Shown here piece by piece: positions 26,126 to 39,500 of a DNA stretch of 64,000 bases. Each line of letters opens with the position of its first letter. The stretch's first letter is position 1. The DNA is from Azolla caroliniana (Eukaryota; Plantae; Polypodiophyta), in the NCBI GenBank assembly GCA_043228905.1, contig JBHGNT010000015.1:11718001-11782000 (forward strand). Direction: 5' to 3'. The notes below the pieces were generated by a model. That model ran no database searches. It was not told the origin of the DNA and worked only from the letters and a program-made list of their open reading frames with translations. A program made the position numbers and the translations under genes.

Positions 26126-27012
26126 TGTCGTAGTGTAATTCGCACACTACGTGAAAAATTACATTTTTGGTCTCTCCGGATAGGACATGGAGTACCCGGT
26201 GAGAACCGGAAGGACCGAAACCGGTAAGGAGAGCTGGATGAAGAAGGCCGGTGAGAGTCGGTGAGAAACGGACGAAGAGATCGGTAAGGAGGTCCTGGTA
26301 AGAACCGGACAAAGAAAACTAGCAAGCACCGGATGAAGCAGAACCGGAAATAGCCGGATGAAGAAGGCCGGTGAGAGTCTCTCATCGGATGAAGAGACAT
26401 ATTTGTAAATAGAAGAAAGTATAAAAATATATATATTACATGCATAGGGCAAGATTCCAACCTTGCACCTCTATGTTAATAATGTTAAGCCTTATCATTA
26501 TACTAGCGTATTATGAATTTTAAAGTTATACTAAACTTTATCCCATGTAAAATTTCTAGACATGCATGGTACAAAAAGTTATTCATGCATAGACACTTGA
26601 GTTAAAAGAAAAGATGAGATAGAAAGCTAATCATGCACATGCAGTGTGCATGAAAACTAAAGATAGAAAAAGCATGATGCTTGCATGTGAAAAACTTAGA
26701 CTCTTCCAATACTATATAAGGAAGAGAGAAAGATGTATAGAGGTTGTTGATTATTTTTACAAGGGTTGATTAATATAATATAATTGTGGGATCCACGAGT
26801 TTGTTAACTATTTTTCTCTCTTAAATTAAGTACTCACTAATACACTATACTCGTGGGATTCATGAGTTTTTCATATCTTTCTTTCTTACAATATAATTCA
26901 TATTCTTAATTGTCTTAGAATTTTCTTCTCTCCTAGTGGATACCAAGGTGAACATTGCCGACAGCCTCACCATGCCTCTCCCAGATCTACACTTCAATGC
27001 ACTAAGACGACA
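26126..27012 (+). mobile_element. Solo LTR-like sequence without a target-site duplication
   Basis: TGTCGT...ACGACA termini, TATATATAA at ~26712, internal GGATGAAGAAGGCCGGTGAGAGTC repeats. Flanks ACCGT and TATGG differ. Confidence 0.6.
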
Positions 27013-27569
27013 TATGGGACTTACAAGTGAGCGATCAAAGAGGAGCCGAACAAAGGAGTAGAAGGTAAGTCGAAGAATGACACAACTAGACAACTCGAAA
27101 CGACAAAGTTGAAGGAGCCGGACAGCCTGAAGGCTACAGACACAATTGAGTGCGAGGAAACCGAAAGGATAGGAGAGAATCGAAGGTTGAATGGAACCGA
27201 AAACCGATCGATGATCCATCGGAGAGCACAAGAATCAACGCGCGTAGAGAACCGATGGCCTAGAGGCCAAAAGTTGAATTGGTCATTAGTGAGCCAATAA
27301 ACTTGTAACATATGTATAGTTGATTCAGTTTAAGATGTAAGTTGAGCTTATGAGGGAGATAAGCCCATCACATTGTATGTAAAACAAAGTAGTCCTTTTA
27401 CAGGGGAGTTTGTTGGGATAAAAGTCCCACTTCGCCCACCTTGTATCTCTAGTGTGAACACAGTTAACCTAACTATATAAGTAGGGAACCGTTCTTGTAA
27501 AGGATGTTTGAAGGTGAATGGAAGACAATCTTCTTTCAGCACATCTCTCTCTCTCTCTCTCTCTCTCTC

Positions 27570-28167
27570 TAGAATTGCATGGGACGCAAGCAAAAATATC
27601 CAAAAGACGCATAAAAGCAAAATTTTGTGTTCCGGTTGAATGCAAGACACTTGATTAATGATGCATCGCTAGATTCCTCAATAAATGAGGCCTTTTTGCA
27701 ACGCCAATGTATCATGATATGGGAAAAATGTGGAAGCTCACGCTTCACACATTATACTACACATGTTGCACCTAACTATAAAACCATATTCTTTGTGAAA
27801 CGGGGAAATTGTACACATCAATACATGTTAGAGCCCATCCCGTTATCTTCCATTCGAACCATTGCTTCCATGCGACTTAGCTCACATCCATTGCGATGTG
27901 AGACAGGGCATTGGGGCACAAATTATGAGAGTGGCAGGCTAAGTATCACACTTTTATACAATACTCTGCCTTTGATCATATTCGACCATGCTTTCCACAT
28001 CTCTTCGACCAAGCCCAATCCTTGCACGAAATTTCTCTCACAACCACAATGTACAGTCTTGATTGCAACATTCATTGGTAAAGTTCTTGAACATTGAGAG
28101 TCGCTACTCACGTGAAATGTAATATTTTTGGTCTCATAGGTCATATTTGACCTCCGAAGACGATAAT

Positions 28168-28205
<38 letters not shown>

Positions 28206-28606
28206 ACCCTCTTGTTTGTCTACTCCTCTACTTGTTTGTTAGACTAACTAGCAGGTTCTCAATCATCTTCCACATCATCATCATCATCATTAACTTCATA
28301 TCTAACACCCACGCTCACCAACTCTATTTGATGCATTGATGAATTGGAAGAAATGCTTGCCAAGTTGGTAAAGGAAGAAGGCGTTGAAGAAGTTGCAATT
28401 GGGAATGTTGTTATCATGCTTTTGCTATATGTGGATGATGTAGTGATTTTTGGTCTCATCAAGAGTCACTACTCAGTTTGACACGTATCACGTGAAATGT
28501 AATATTTTTGGTCTCATAGGCCATATTTGACCTCCAAAGACGATAATATAATCTATCTATCTATCTATCTATCTATCTGTTTATCTATCTATCTATCTAT
28601 CTATCT
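27570..28606 (+). mobile_element. Two truncated LINE 3' fragments with microsatellite tails
   Basis: MRLSSHPLRCETG C-terminal motif and an RT fragment LLYVDDVVIF (~28420). The same 3' end (CACGTGAAATGTAATATTTTTGGTCTCATAGG...GACGATAATATAATC) occurs twice, followed by (CT)n and (CTAT)n. Confidence 0.7.
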
Positions 28607-30408
28607 CTTCATAGTTATTAGCTTATCTAGTTGTTACACTACAAGCATTGTGTATTGGGTCGAACCCAATTTTCACACCTCTCTATTACTTCATACATAT
28701 CTCTTAATTTATTAGATGTCTTTGTGGAATGTAGGTCTCTATTGGGCAACCTTACTAACTAAGCTCTCTTTCTCTTTCTTTATTTTTAATCTTTCTTCCC
28801 CCCTCTTCATCCCCATTTCCCCCTCTTTTTCGTCTTCTTTTAATAAAACAAATGCATTGTTTTATGACGCATTTGTTTTAGTGTCACTAAATTTCCAGCG
28901 ATGCATTTTTATGCATCACATAGTGATGCTATTTTTCTTAAGTGTGCCACTATGCAACACATTTTAATTAGTCACTTAATAATAGTTAGTGACACAATTA
29001 GCCATGCATTTTACCAAAAAATGGGGTGTTGCTAATGCCCATTCTATTGTAGTGGTTTCACATACACACACGTATTTTCACGACAATGCATCATGATAAC
29101 TATCACACAAAGAATGTTGTAATAATGTGAAAACTACAATACATATCATCCCACTCCATAGATGATGAATTCCACAAATCATGATGCACAAACTAGGACT
29201 TGACCTATCAATATTCTCTATATATTGTTCCCCAAGTCTGATGTAACATAGCTGGTTGTGCATGACTTCACAATCCAAATGTAATTACCCTTGTATTCTA
29301 GTCCATTGACAACATAAAATATAAGGGCAAGGAGGAACAACATGATTTGGAATGGTATTAGAAGCAAAAGGTTCAATAAACTAAAATATGGGACATGATG
29401 AAGGTACATATGTGAAGTGAGATGTGTACAAAATGTAACACCATTGACTAGGCTAGAGATCATAAATGGACCACGGTGTTGGTAATCTAGCTTATCTCAT
29501 GGTTTGCTAGTTTTCACATTACGTTTATTTACTATATTTCCCTCCAACTTGAAACTTGGGTTTTGCATATGAAGAATAGACACGGTTATGATTTACAACT
29601 AACTTTTGGAGTGAATTGAGCACTAGGGGAATGGGAGAAAGCTAGACTCGCAACTGCTTGAGTCCAATTTGATGTTCCTTAGTAATAGGATTCTTAAACT
29701 CTTATGATTACTCAAGCATTATATTGTGAGAATCAAGATCTATGTTTGTGAAGAATGAAGTATGACTCATAGAAGTATGTATTGAATCATTGTAAGGAAA
29801 GTTAAACCAATCATCCAATTGGTAGGTAGGTAACAATTTGACACTTACTTTGTATGGCATTGCTTGGTTTGGCAAATGATTTTGAGATGTTTTCTAGCCC
29901 ACAATCACAGATAATGTTATTGGGAGAAACATACTACTTAGAAACTCTTAAGTAGCTTGAGCAAAGGCGTAAAAAAATCAAGATGTCATCTTGACTACAC
30001 TCATCGATAAGGTCACCAAGAGAATCATGATGCTTAAATACATCTTATATAACAAGATTTATTGTATCTTTGTTATTCTTGATGCATGGAAGAAAACATG
30101 TCATCTTAGTGAAATAACATAAAAAACTTTGAAAATAGGAGTTTTAAATCCAAAGGAGTAGATTTTCTTAGTTCCTTTACAACTGAGAATGGCGACAACC
30201 ACCCATGCATGTGACGTCTAGGCATCTTAGACAAACTACATATATAGCAAATGCAAACTTAGTCCTCAATAAATGTGTTGATTATCATTGACACATAGTA
30301 GATTTAGTGTTTATTTAACATTGTATAATCACTTATCATTTGCTTAATACACTATATTTGCTAATCTCGTGTATTCTCCGTCTTCCTCTTCCACTCCTTC
30401 TCCCTCTC

Positions 30409-30411
<3 letters not shown>

Positions 30412-30489
<78 letters not shown>
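30412..30489. repeat. (CT)n microsatellite
   Basis: About 38 CT units. Confidence 0.95.
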
Positions 30490-30492
<3 letters not shown>

Positions 30493-31769
30493 CTCACATA
30501 AGCTACTTACCTTTGTTGCATAAACATGTTTGCTTTACAAAACTTATACCTTAGTCATTTACGTTCTTACAATCATGCTTATGTAGCATAAAATAGGTTC
30601 AATTGTCGATATCATGGTAAAATATCATCGTCGCTTAAAGAATTATGCCTCAAATTATTAACTAATAGATACAACTTACCCACCTACTTAATGAAAATTA
30701 TACAATATAATTCATTGAATAAACACTAACCAAATTTGTTTTCACAACTCGTATAATGATTACACAAAAATACAAGAATTAACTCCAATATCATATTCAA
30801 ACTAGTATTTTCAACCATCCTTATATCGATGTAAAACCATTAAGATTTGCATAAGGGTACTTCATGAGAGATACATTTCTTCTATTATGTTATTCCTTAT
30901 TTGGAATTTGAACATCCTAGCTTATGAAGTTCTAATGTGTGGATATGTTCGTTTGAGTCTAAGTTAGATTCTCACTACAGTAATATGCACTTATTTATAG
31001 CTACTAACCTGATTTGTCACTACTATATTTCCAATTGTCACTAAAGTAGAGTTGCCATTCTATCCAATGTTGTGATGTGTCGACACTATGCTAATGATAA
31101 TAGAAATATTTGTTTTCAACATTGTGCATTTTTTATCAAACATGTTTACGTGCATCCTCTTATTTTGGAATAATATTTAACACCCCCATGGAGCAAGAAA
31201 TTTTGAATGATGGAAACGCAACTTTAACAAGTACATGCAAATTCAGAGGGTTTCCATGTAATCCGCAATTTGACTTCTATTTCGGGTTTGTTCACCCATT
31301 CTACTTCACAATGTATGAAAAAGAAAGATAATAACTGGAATTCATATTACATTTAAGTCATGATGAAACAAGCATATCACCTATGGGATTTTCAAAGTGA
31401 TCAAATGAACTGTTATGTTCATAGGCACATAATTTGCATTATAGTTAGGACGGTTAGTTTCCATCTCCCCATGTCTTCTTCTAATGATGAGATAGATCAA
31501 TGAAGGTTAAGTAATCTTGAGGATAAAGTGACTACATATTCTTGTCCGACAACATTACCTGTATGAAATTTGAATGATTAAGTGAAGTGAGCTAGTCTTC
31601 AGTCCTTCACCAAACAACGCACGTAGACGGCTCTCCCTCCCATGTACATACATACATACTACTCCCAAATATTTCTCTTCATTAACAGATTTGTCCGGAC
31701 AATGTTACATAAACAAATACATACACCACAGAAACGATTCCATCCATCTCTCGAGAAAAACAGCAACCC

Positions 31770-31928
31770 CAAAACGCAAAACGCAAAATGGTAAAACGCA
31801 AACGCAAACGCAAACGCAGGGAGCCTGCGCTCTGCCTGTCTCTCTCTCTATATATATATTTCCAAAGACATTCAATGGGAGATACGCACTTGCAGAAGAA
31901 GAAGAAGCAGAAACCAGGGAAAACAAGC

Positions 31929-31962
<34 letters not shown>
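31770..31962 (+). promoter_or_regulatory. Probable core promoter and 5' UTR of the GDSL gene
   Basis: (AAACGC)n repeats at 31772-31817, a TATATATATA tract at ~31849-31859, and a (GA)n leader just before the ATG. Confidence 0.5.
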
Positions 31963-31967
<5 letters not shown>

Positions 31968-33256
31968 GAAAGAAGGAAGAGGATTAAGAGGGAGTTGCAT
32001 ACTCGTCGTGGCCTGCAGACAGGTGGCGCTGCTAATTGTGGCAGTGCTGCTGCTTCATATATGTGGTAGATGTGAGGGAAGAGAGCTGATGGACATCCAC
32101 AAGAGCAAGGCGCAGCAAGAGATTCCCACGTACGTATACGCATTTGGAGACTCCATCACGGACACGGGCAACAGCCCCATCGCGGACCCAACGTTGGCAG
32201 GCATAGTGATGAGCCTGCCCTACGGATTGACATGGTTCGGCCATGGCTCCAACCGCTGGTCCGATGGCCGGCTCATCGTGGACTGGCTGTGCATCCGGGC
32301 CTATGGGAGCGGCTGCTCTCCTGGAGCCGGCGGGCTCTTGCCGCCACATCTCGCAATAGTTGCCGATGAGGAGGAGGTGGGGCAAGTGTTGCCAAGGAGC
32401 CAGAATTATGCGGTGGCCGGGGCAACTGCGCTCAGCCCCGATGCGCTCAAGCAAGCCGCGGGCGGATGTGGACACCATCACACCCGACTCCCTGGACGTC
32501 CAGGTGGGCTGGTTTCTACATGATGTGATGAATGCCTCTTCTGTAGGTGGTGGTCCAGCAGGAAGAGGCACTACTCTGATTCACCTAGGGGAGATCGGGG
32601 GAGACGATGTGAACTACGCCCTGCGTGGCCGCATGTCGCCCCTGGACATACGGGAGCGGATCGTACCCCGTGTCATCTCCACAGTCTCCCAGCAGCTCGA
32701 CCGCATCCTGTCCGTCCCTCTGGCCCCGGCGACCATCACACAGGTGGTGATCCAAGGCCAGTTCCCCATGGGCTGCATGCCGGTCTATGTCCTGGAAGTG
32801 AGTGCCAATGCCAGTGCCAATAGCTCATTGGCCCCCGAACTCGATGACTTGGGTTGCGTCTCTGCCGTGAATGCCATTAGCGACCTCCAGAATGAGCTGC
32901 TCAGGTCGTCCGTCATCCCGTCCATAGCCGCAAAGTACCCCCACATATCCTTTGTCTTCCTCGACACGTCCGCCGCCTACCGCCACATCCTCGCCCATGC
33001 CCCCGACTTCGGCTTCTCCAACCTCAACGACCGCATGTGCGACATCAACACCTACATCCTTTATGGCACTCTCGACCAGACAGCACCCCCCCAGTATTGC
33101 TCCGACCCTTCGACATTCGTGAGCTGGGACGGCATCCACCTCACCGATGCCATGGCTGGAGCCCTCGTCGAACTCTTCCTCCGAGGGGACGGCCAAGGAC
33201 ACCACTTCTCCCACCCCTTCCCAAGCTTCCTCAGTGCTTTGGCATCAGATTCATGA
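31963..33256 (+). CDS. GDSL (SGNH) esterase/lipase with signal-peptide-like N-terminus; intronless; one frameshift near 32460 (pseudogene or sequencing error)
   Basis: Block I FGDSITDTGN, then PYG, NRWSDGRLIVDWL and block II NYAVAGATAL in ORF 31963-32523. SLDVQVGWF, block III GEIGGDDVN, PMGCMP and block V WDGIHLT in ORF 32360-33256. Confidence 0.92.
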
Positions 33257-35514
33257 GTCTCTTACTTAGTCTCATATGAAACCATCTATGTATCCATCTA
33301 TCTTTCTATATTTACCTCTGCATTCTGCTCTAGTGAATTAGTGTAGTCAAATATTAAGATTATGTTGCACTCCCAATGCATATAACTATTCCTAAGCAGT
33401 AGAACACTTCTCACTAACACGTCTCTTTATACTCATGGAATTTGTTGTTCATCATTTGGTTGGAGACTTCTCATGTAATTGAAGTCCATGTTGTATTTTA
33501 CTACTACTTCTTGTCATATTTAGTCTTTATATATGAGCTTCTTTTTAGCGTAAGCTTTGAAAATCGACAACTTATTTAGTACTTATCATCGCTACACTTT
33601 GTATCAGCTTTTTATAGTACAAGTTTTGAACCCCATGACTTTTCTCTTCGACAATCTGTACTTAATAAAAGTGTTCTCTTTTATCTACACAATTCTATCC
33701 TTCTTTTTTAGAAGCTCTTGGCCCTTAGTGCTCGTGAGACCCTATATAACGACATCTCATCTTATATACGACAGAAAAAAGAAGCATCCTATGTGCAAGG
33801 GAGACTATAAGAACAATGTGGCTTGCATATTCTCAAAATGAGGGTAAACAATGAGGTGTAACTTAATACTTCAATAAATAATATTAAGTTTGCTTTCATC
33901 ATATATGTGTTGTGCAACTATTCAATTAATTTAATCTAATCTAATCTTGCTTGAAGTTTCTGGGCTCAAGACCTATTTTCACAAACAAAAAGTCTTTAAA
34001 AAATCTTTACTAACGATCTTTTTTTTCCTCAATCACCACTTATGGATGGTGGCCCAATGCTTGATCATTCTCCACTAGGTTTTCATTACATATGTTGTAT
34101 ATCTCCATATTTCAGTGATGATGCCATGATCCTACCTCAACACATAATTTGTGTTAGCATGTTCTGAAGAAGTATTAAGGTTGTCCAAGGGCCAAGGTTG
34201 ATGGGGGTAGTTAGATGCTATTTGGTACGTCCTAAGGTTTCTAACTTCTGTTGGGGCCAACATTGGGGGTTACTAATTTGCCATGTAATTTTCCAAATGT
34301 GTCATTAGAGCATCGTGCAACTTCATCCTTAACGCCCCTAGCACTAGCATCACATGAAAGTTTCAATATATAAATCTTTTACGCAACATTTTTTAAATCA
34401 TTTCATCATGCCAAGGAACTAGCAAACGAGAGAATTTTACTATTATTAGTTTTTTGTACCTTACATCCTATATTCCAAGCTTGTTTTGGCAAAACCTTTG
34501 ATGGAGCATATTCTTGCCTTTTGTGATATACTTGTATAGCCTTTGCATGGCTAGTACCTATATAGGCCAATCACAGTTAATTTGTAATAGCATGATCAAA
34601 TAGGATGTTGAGGATTTTACCAACAATTTTCTACATAAGAACAAATTTGAGATTTCCTTTATTTCATTACATGCACTAAGTGAGATAGTGACATCCCACA
34701 CTTCCACTCTATAAGCAATAATTGGACCACCATAACATCGAATAACATCAATCTCACATCTCCTCTTCGAGTGTCACTTCAGTTGCATTGAGTTTAAAAC
34801 ATATAATAGCTATTCAAACCCTCTTGAAGTCTAGATTCATAGCATACATTAAGAGTAAGCAACTGTTCAGCTCAAGCCTGAACTAATTCGTTAAACTGTT
34901 GGTAAATAGTTTGGCAGATCGGTTCAACACGGATCTTGTGTGATCTTGCATAACTGGTTTGAACTCGGTTCGGTTTGACTTGAGCCCTAATTAATCGGCT
35001 CAAACAAGTTTAGCCATTGATATACTTTTCAACTGATAGAGAGAGAGAGAGAGAGAGAAGAGAAAACTAAAGGTGTTGTAGAAAGAACAACATGTGGAAG
35101 CAACAGAAAGCAGAACGTAGGAAAACACAAGTTTAATGGAGAGCTTGAACATACACACAGTACGTAGGAAAGAGAGAGAGGGGTGAAAGCATGCGAGTGG
35201 AAACAATTAGCTATGTCCTTGACATAGCTAATTAGCTATGCAAAAAGCTACCATTGATAAATAGTCATTTTAGTAAAAAGCCATCATTAATAAATTAAGT
35301 ATGCAAAAAACTACCATTGAAAATACTAGAGTGTTTTAATTACATATGTAAATGAGTGCCATAAATGTGCACCATAAATGTGTACCATAAATTATATATC
35401 GAATTCCTAGGTCCATTATGCATGATCCTTTGCCACATCACGTAGGCCATCTCTAGTTGAGTACTGTGGGTTAGTTGCTACCACTGTTGCTAAACCCTAT
35501 CGAGTCCACCTGCC

Positions 35515-36290
35515 GCCACTCTACACTGAGGGGCCGCTACTGTGCGTTCCAAGCATCATCAAAGAGCTGCTCAATCTGACGGGGTTCTCTTCTCTATGAC
35601 ACTCTACACTCAGGGGCCACTACTGTGCATTCCAAGCATCATCAAAGAGCTGTTCAATCTGACGGGGTTCTCTTCTCTGTGCCACTCTACACTCAGGGGC
35701 CATTACTGTGCGTTCCAAGCATCATCAAAGAGCTGTTCAATCTGAGGGGGTTCTCTTCTCTGTGCCACTCTACACTCAGGGGCCATTACTGTGCGTTCCA
35801 GGCATCATCAAAGAGCTGTTCAATCTGAGGGGGTTCTCTTCTCTGTGCCACTCTACATTCAGGGGCCGCTGCTGTGCGTTCCAAGCATCATCAAAGAGCT
35901 GTTCAATCTGACGGGGTTCTCTTCTCTTTGCCACTCTACACTCAGGGGTTGCTACTGTGCGTTCCAAGCATAATCAAAGAGCTATTCAATCTGACGGGGT
36001 TCTCTTCTCTTTTCCACTCTCACTCAGGGGACGCTACTGTGCGTTTCAAGCATCATTGGTAACTGTTCAATCTGACGGGGTTCTCTTCTCTTTTCCACTC
36101 TCACTCAGGGGCCGCTACTGTGCGTTTCAAGCATCATTGGTAACTGTTCAATCTGACGGGGTTCTCTTCTCTATGCCACTCTATTCTCAAGTGCCTTCTA
36201 TGTGCGTTTCAAGCATCATCGGTAACTGTTCAATCTGACGGGGTTCTCTCCTCCATTGCCATCATTCTATACTCAGTTGCCACTACTGTC
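35515..36290. repeat. 83-bp tandem minisatellite (about 9 copies) upstream of the transposase
   Basis: Unit GCCACTCTACACTCAGGGGCCAYTACTGTGCGTTCCAAGCATCATCAAAGAGCTGTTCAATCTGACGGGGTTCTCTTCTCTGT. The ORF track repeats at 83-bp offsets (35542, 35625, 35708...). Confidence 0.95.
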
Positions 36291-36584
36291 CAGTCCCGGA
36301 TTGCTTCCACATTTCGATTTGACGGAGTTCACTCATCCAACGGCAACATTCTACACTCAGTTGTTGCCATTGGTCGGTCTTGGATCGCCTCCTCAACTGT
36401 TGGATCCAACAGAGTGAAATCCTCTACTGTTCGGTCTTGGATTGCAATAACTTTTCTGTCTATTGATTATCTTGTGTATTGTTGTGTCTAATCTTGTGTA
36501 TTGTGTGGAATATTTTTGTGTATTGTTGTTGCCCATAGCCATCTTTAATACTTGTTTTTTTTTCTGGAAATTTAGGGTTTTAAC

Positions 36585-39500
36585 ATGTCTAGCCAAATGG
36601 AAGGGGAAGAAGGGTGTTTAGAATTACCCCTCAATGATCATAAGGATAGGGATGATGTTATCAGGACACAACAAGCCATACGAAACTATTGGGCAGAAAA
36701 AAAAAGGAAACATCGTCAATTGTTGAAGGATACGAAAGCCACACTCAGTAAAGGTAAGGATAGTTTAGCTGAGAATGTAAGTAATGCGACTACCATCATA
36801 GAGAGAAAGGTTGTAGACTATTTCAATGTTCAAACCAAGCACATCAGCAATGAAGAAAAGAAGGTAGTACTTTATGGAATATGTAATGATCCATCGATAA
36901 AGGACTTAGTTGATTGTGATGGTCTTAATGCAAACATATCATCTATTTTAGTAAATAATCTTCGTAATAGTTTCGTATCCATGAGCAGGTCAGAAGATGA
37001 TCTTGTCTTAAAAAGGTCTAGTCTAATGATGTTACTTAATAGTGATGTTGACGATATAAACATCAGTGAGCTATCTAAGGTAATTGGTGTTAGTAGAAAA
37101 ACAGTGTACAATACAATGAACCGTATAATTTCCTCGGGTGAAGGAACTAGTCTACTAAAGCTAACTACAAGATGTAAGCCAATGACACCCATAACATTTG
37201 AAATCAAGGATGTAATCACAATGTTTTGGACTAATGAGAGTAGGGTTTCACCCAATAAAAAGGATTTATGCAGGAAACGTGTTGGAAGAAATCAATACGA
37301 GGAGCATCCCATTCATCTTCTTGATGTACCTCAGGTATTTACATTTATCTCAACATTTGTTTTGACTCTACTCGGAAAGTTAATTAGCTCAGTTAGCAGA
37401 AAAGCTAATTAGCTTATCAGTTACATTTACCTCAGTTAGCTACTAGGATCGCTACTACATAGGTAACTAGCTACTCTCAATAGTTACTACCATGATAGCT
37501 AATTAGCTATTCTCAATAGCTAATTTAGGTACTACCAGATAATTAGCTGTACTGCTAGCTAGTTAGCTATCATGGTAACTAGTTAGCTATTTCGTTATTA
37601 CCAGCTAATTAGCTACTAGGAAAGCTAATTAGCTACCATGATAGCTAATTAGCTACTATGATAGCTACTACATAGGTAACTGGCTACTCTCAATAGCTAC
37701 TACCATGATAGCTAATTAGTTAGGATAGCTAATTAGCCACCATTATAGCTAATTAGCTACTAGACCAGCTAATTAGCTACCATGATAGCTAATTAGTTAC
37801 TAGGACAGCTAATTAGCCACCGTGATAGCTAATTAGCTACCATGATAGCTAATTAGTTACTAGGAAAGCTAATCAGCCACCATTATAGCTAATTAGCTAC
37901 TAGACCAGCTAATTAGCTACCACGATAGCTAATTAGCTACTAGACCAGCTAATTAGCTACCATGATAGCTAATTAGTTACTAGGAAAGCTAATTAGCCAC
38001 CATGATAGCTAATTAGCTACTAGACAAGCTAATTAGCTACCATGATAGCTAATTAGTTACTAGGAAAGCTAATTAGCCACCATGATAGCTAATTAGCTAC
38101 TAGAGCAGCTAATTAGCTACCATGATAGCTAATTAGCTACTAGGACAACTAATTAGCTACCATGATAGCTAATTAGCTACTACGACAGCTAATTAGCTAC
38201 CATGATAGCTAATTAGCTACTAGAATAGCTAATTAGCTACCATGATAGCTAATTAGCTACTACGACAGCTAATTAGCTACCATGATAGCTAATTAGCTAC
38301 TAGGACAACCAATTAGCTACTAGGACAGCTAATTAGCTACCATGATAGCTAATTAGCTACTACGACAGCTAATTAGCTACCATGATAGCTAATTAGCTAC
38401 TAGAATAGCTAATTAGCTACTACAATAGCTAATTAGCTACCATGATAGCTAATTAGCTACTACGACAGTTAATTAGCTACCATGATAGCTAATTAGCTAC
38501 TAGGACAACCAATTAGCTACTAGGACAGCTAATTAGCTACCATGATAGCTAATTAGCTACTAGAATAGCTAACTAGCTACTAGAATAGCTAACTAGCTAC
38601 TAGAATAGCTAATTAGCTACTAGGATAGTTAGCTAGTTACGAGAATAACTAATTCCCCTTTATTACGCAGGTCGATTTATTTATTAGGTTCAAACGAATG
38701 CATCCAACTATCAAATTTCAACTACGAACATTCGAGTCTCTTAAGCCACACTTTGTGAGACGCTTAAAGGATCGATACACATGTTGTTGCATTTACCATG
38801 TACAGATGGGTTTTCTGAAGGACTCTGTTAATCTACTACGTCACCATAGCGCATCCCTAACTAATACAGTTTGCACATGTGGGTGCCCAATCTGTCGATC
38901 AAGCCCGCAAGAGGAGTGTAAATCATCTGAGCACGTTATCTCTTCCATGAGTTATTTATTAGATTCAATATTGTGTCCGAGAGAATCTGACGCTATCTTC
39001 CATATTCATAAATGTGTCATGGGTTTATGTCAAGATTGTGGCCCTACTAGATTTAGGTGGTGTCCAAATGAATTGAGTAGCGAAATATTGATCTCTGTGA
39101 AGTTATTTGAGTCAGTGAACACCAATTTCGAAGGAAAGGTGTGTAAAAGAAAGGATCTAGTTCGGAAGATGCTTAAACCAAGGGATTTGGTGTCTCTGTT
39201 TGTAGTATCTCTAGGAAAGTTCATTAAACACAACTTCATTTATTCATGGCAGGCCCATCAGTTTAAGACTTGCATATCTGATTTCCCAAATGATGTAGTA
39301 GTCTCAGTAGTAGATTTCGCAGAGAATTATACTTTCAAGCAGCAGAATGAAATTCAATCTATGCATTGGTGTTCAGTTCAGGTAACCATTTTTGTGCACA
39401 TAACATATTTTCGAGTTTCAGGTGATGTTAAAAAAGTAATTCATTTCTTTATTTCCGATGATAAGAAGCATGATACCTTGTTCGTCCAACACTGTTTTAA

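Noticed and set aside
27013-27017. TATGG after the LTR ending at 27012 and before the LTR starting at 54696 as a shared TSD
   Set aside because: Order and orientation are incompatible with a single insertion; a 5-bp match is expected by chance.
28527-31700. Short ORFs in the AT-rich region upstream of the GDSL gene, and likewise in 33300-35070
   Set aside because: Low-complexity or microsatellite-derived translations with no domain signal or consistent exon structure.
35177-35180. AGAG as proof of a 4-bp TSD for the DNA transposon
   Set aside because: The site is inside a (GA)n tract, so the TSD length cannot be fixed from this copy.
35515-36290. 83-bp array as a CRISPR locus
   Set aside because: Units repeat head to tail over their whole length with no unique spacers; no cas genes; eukaryotic context.
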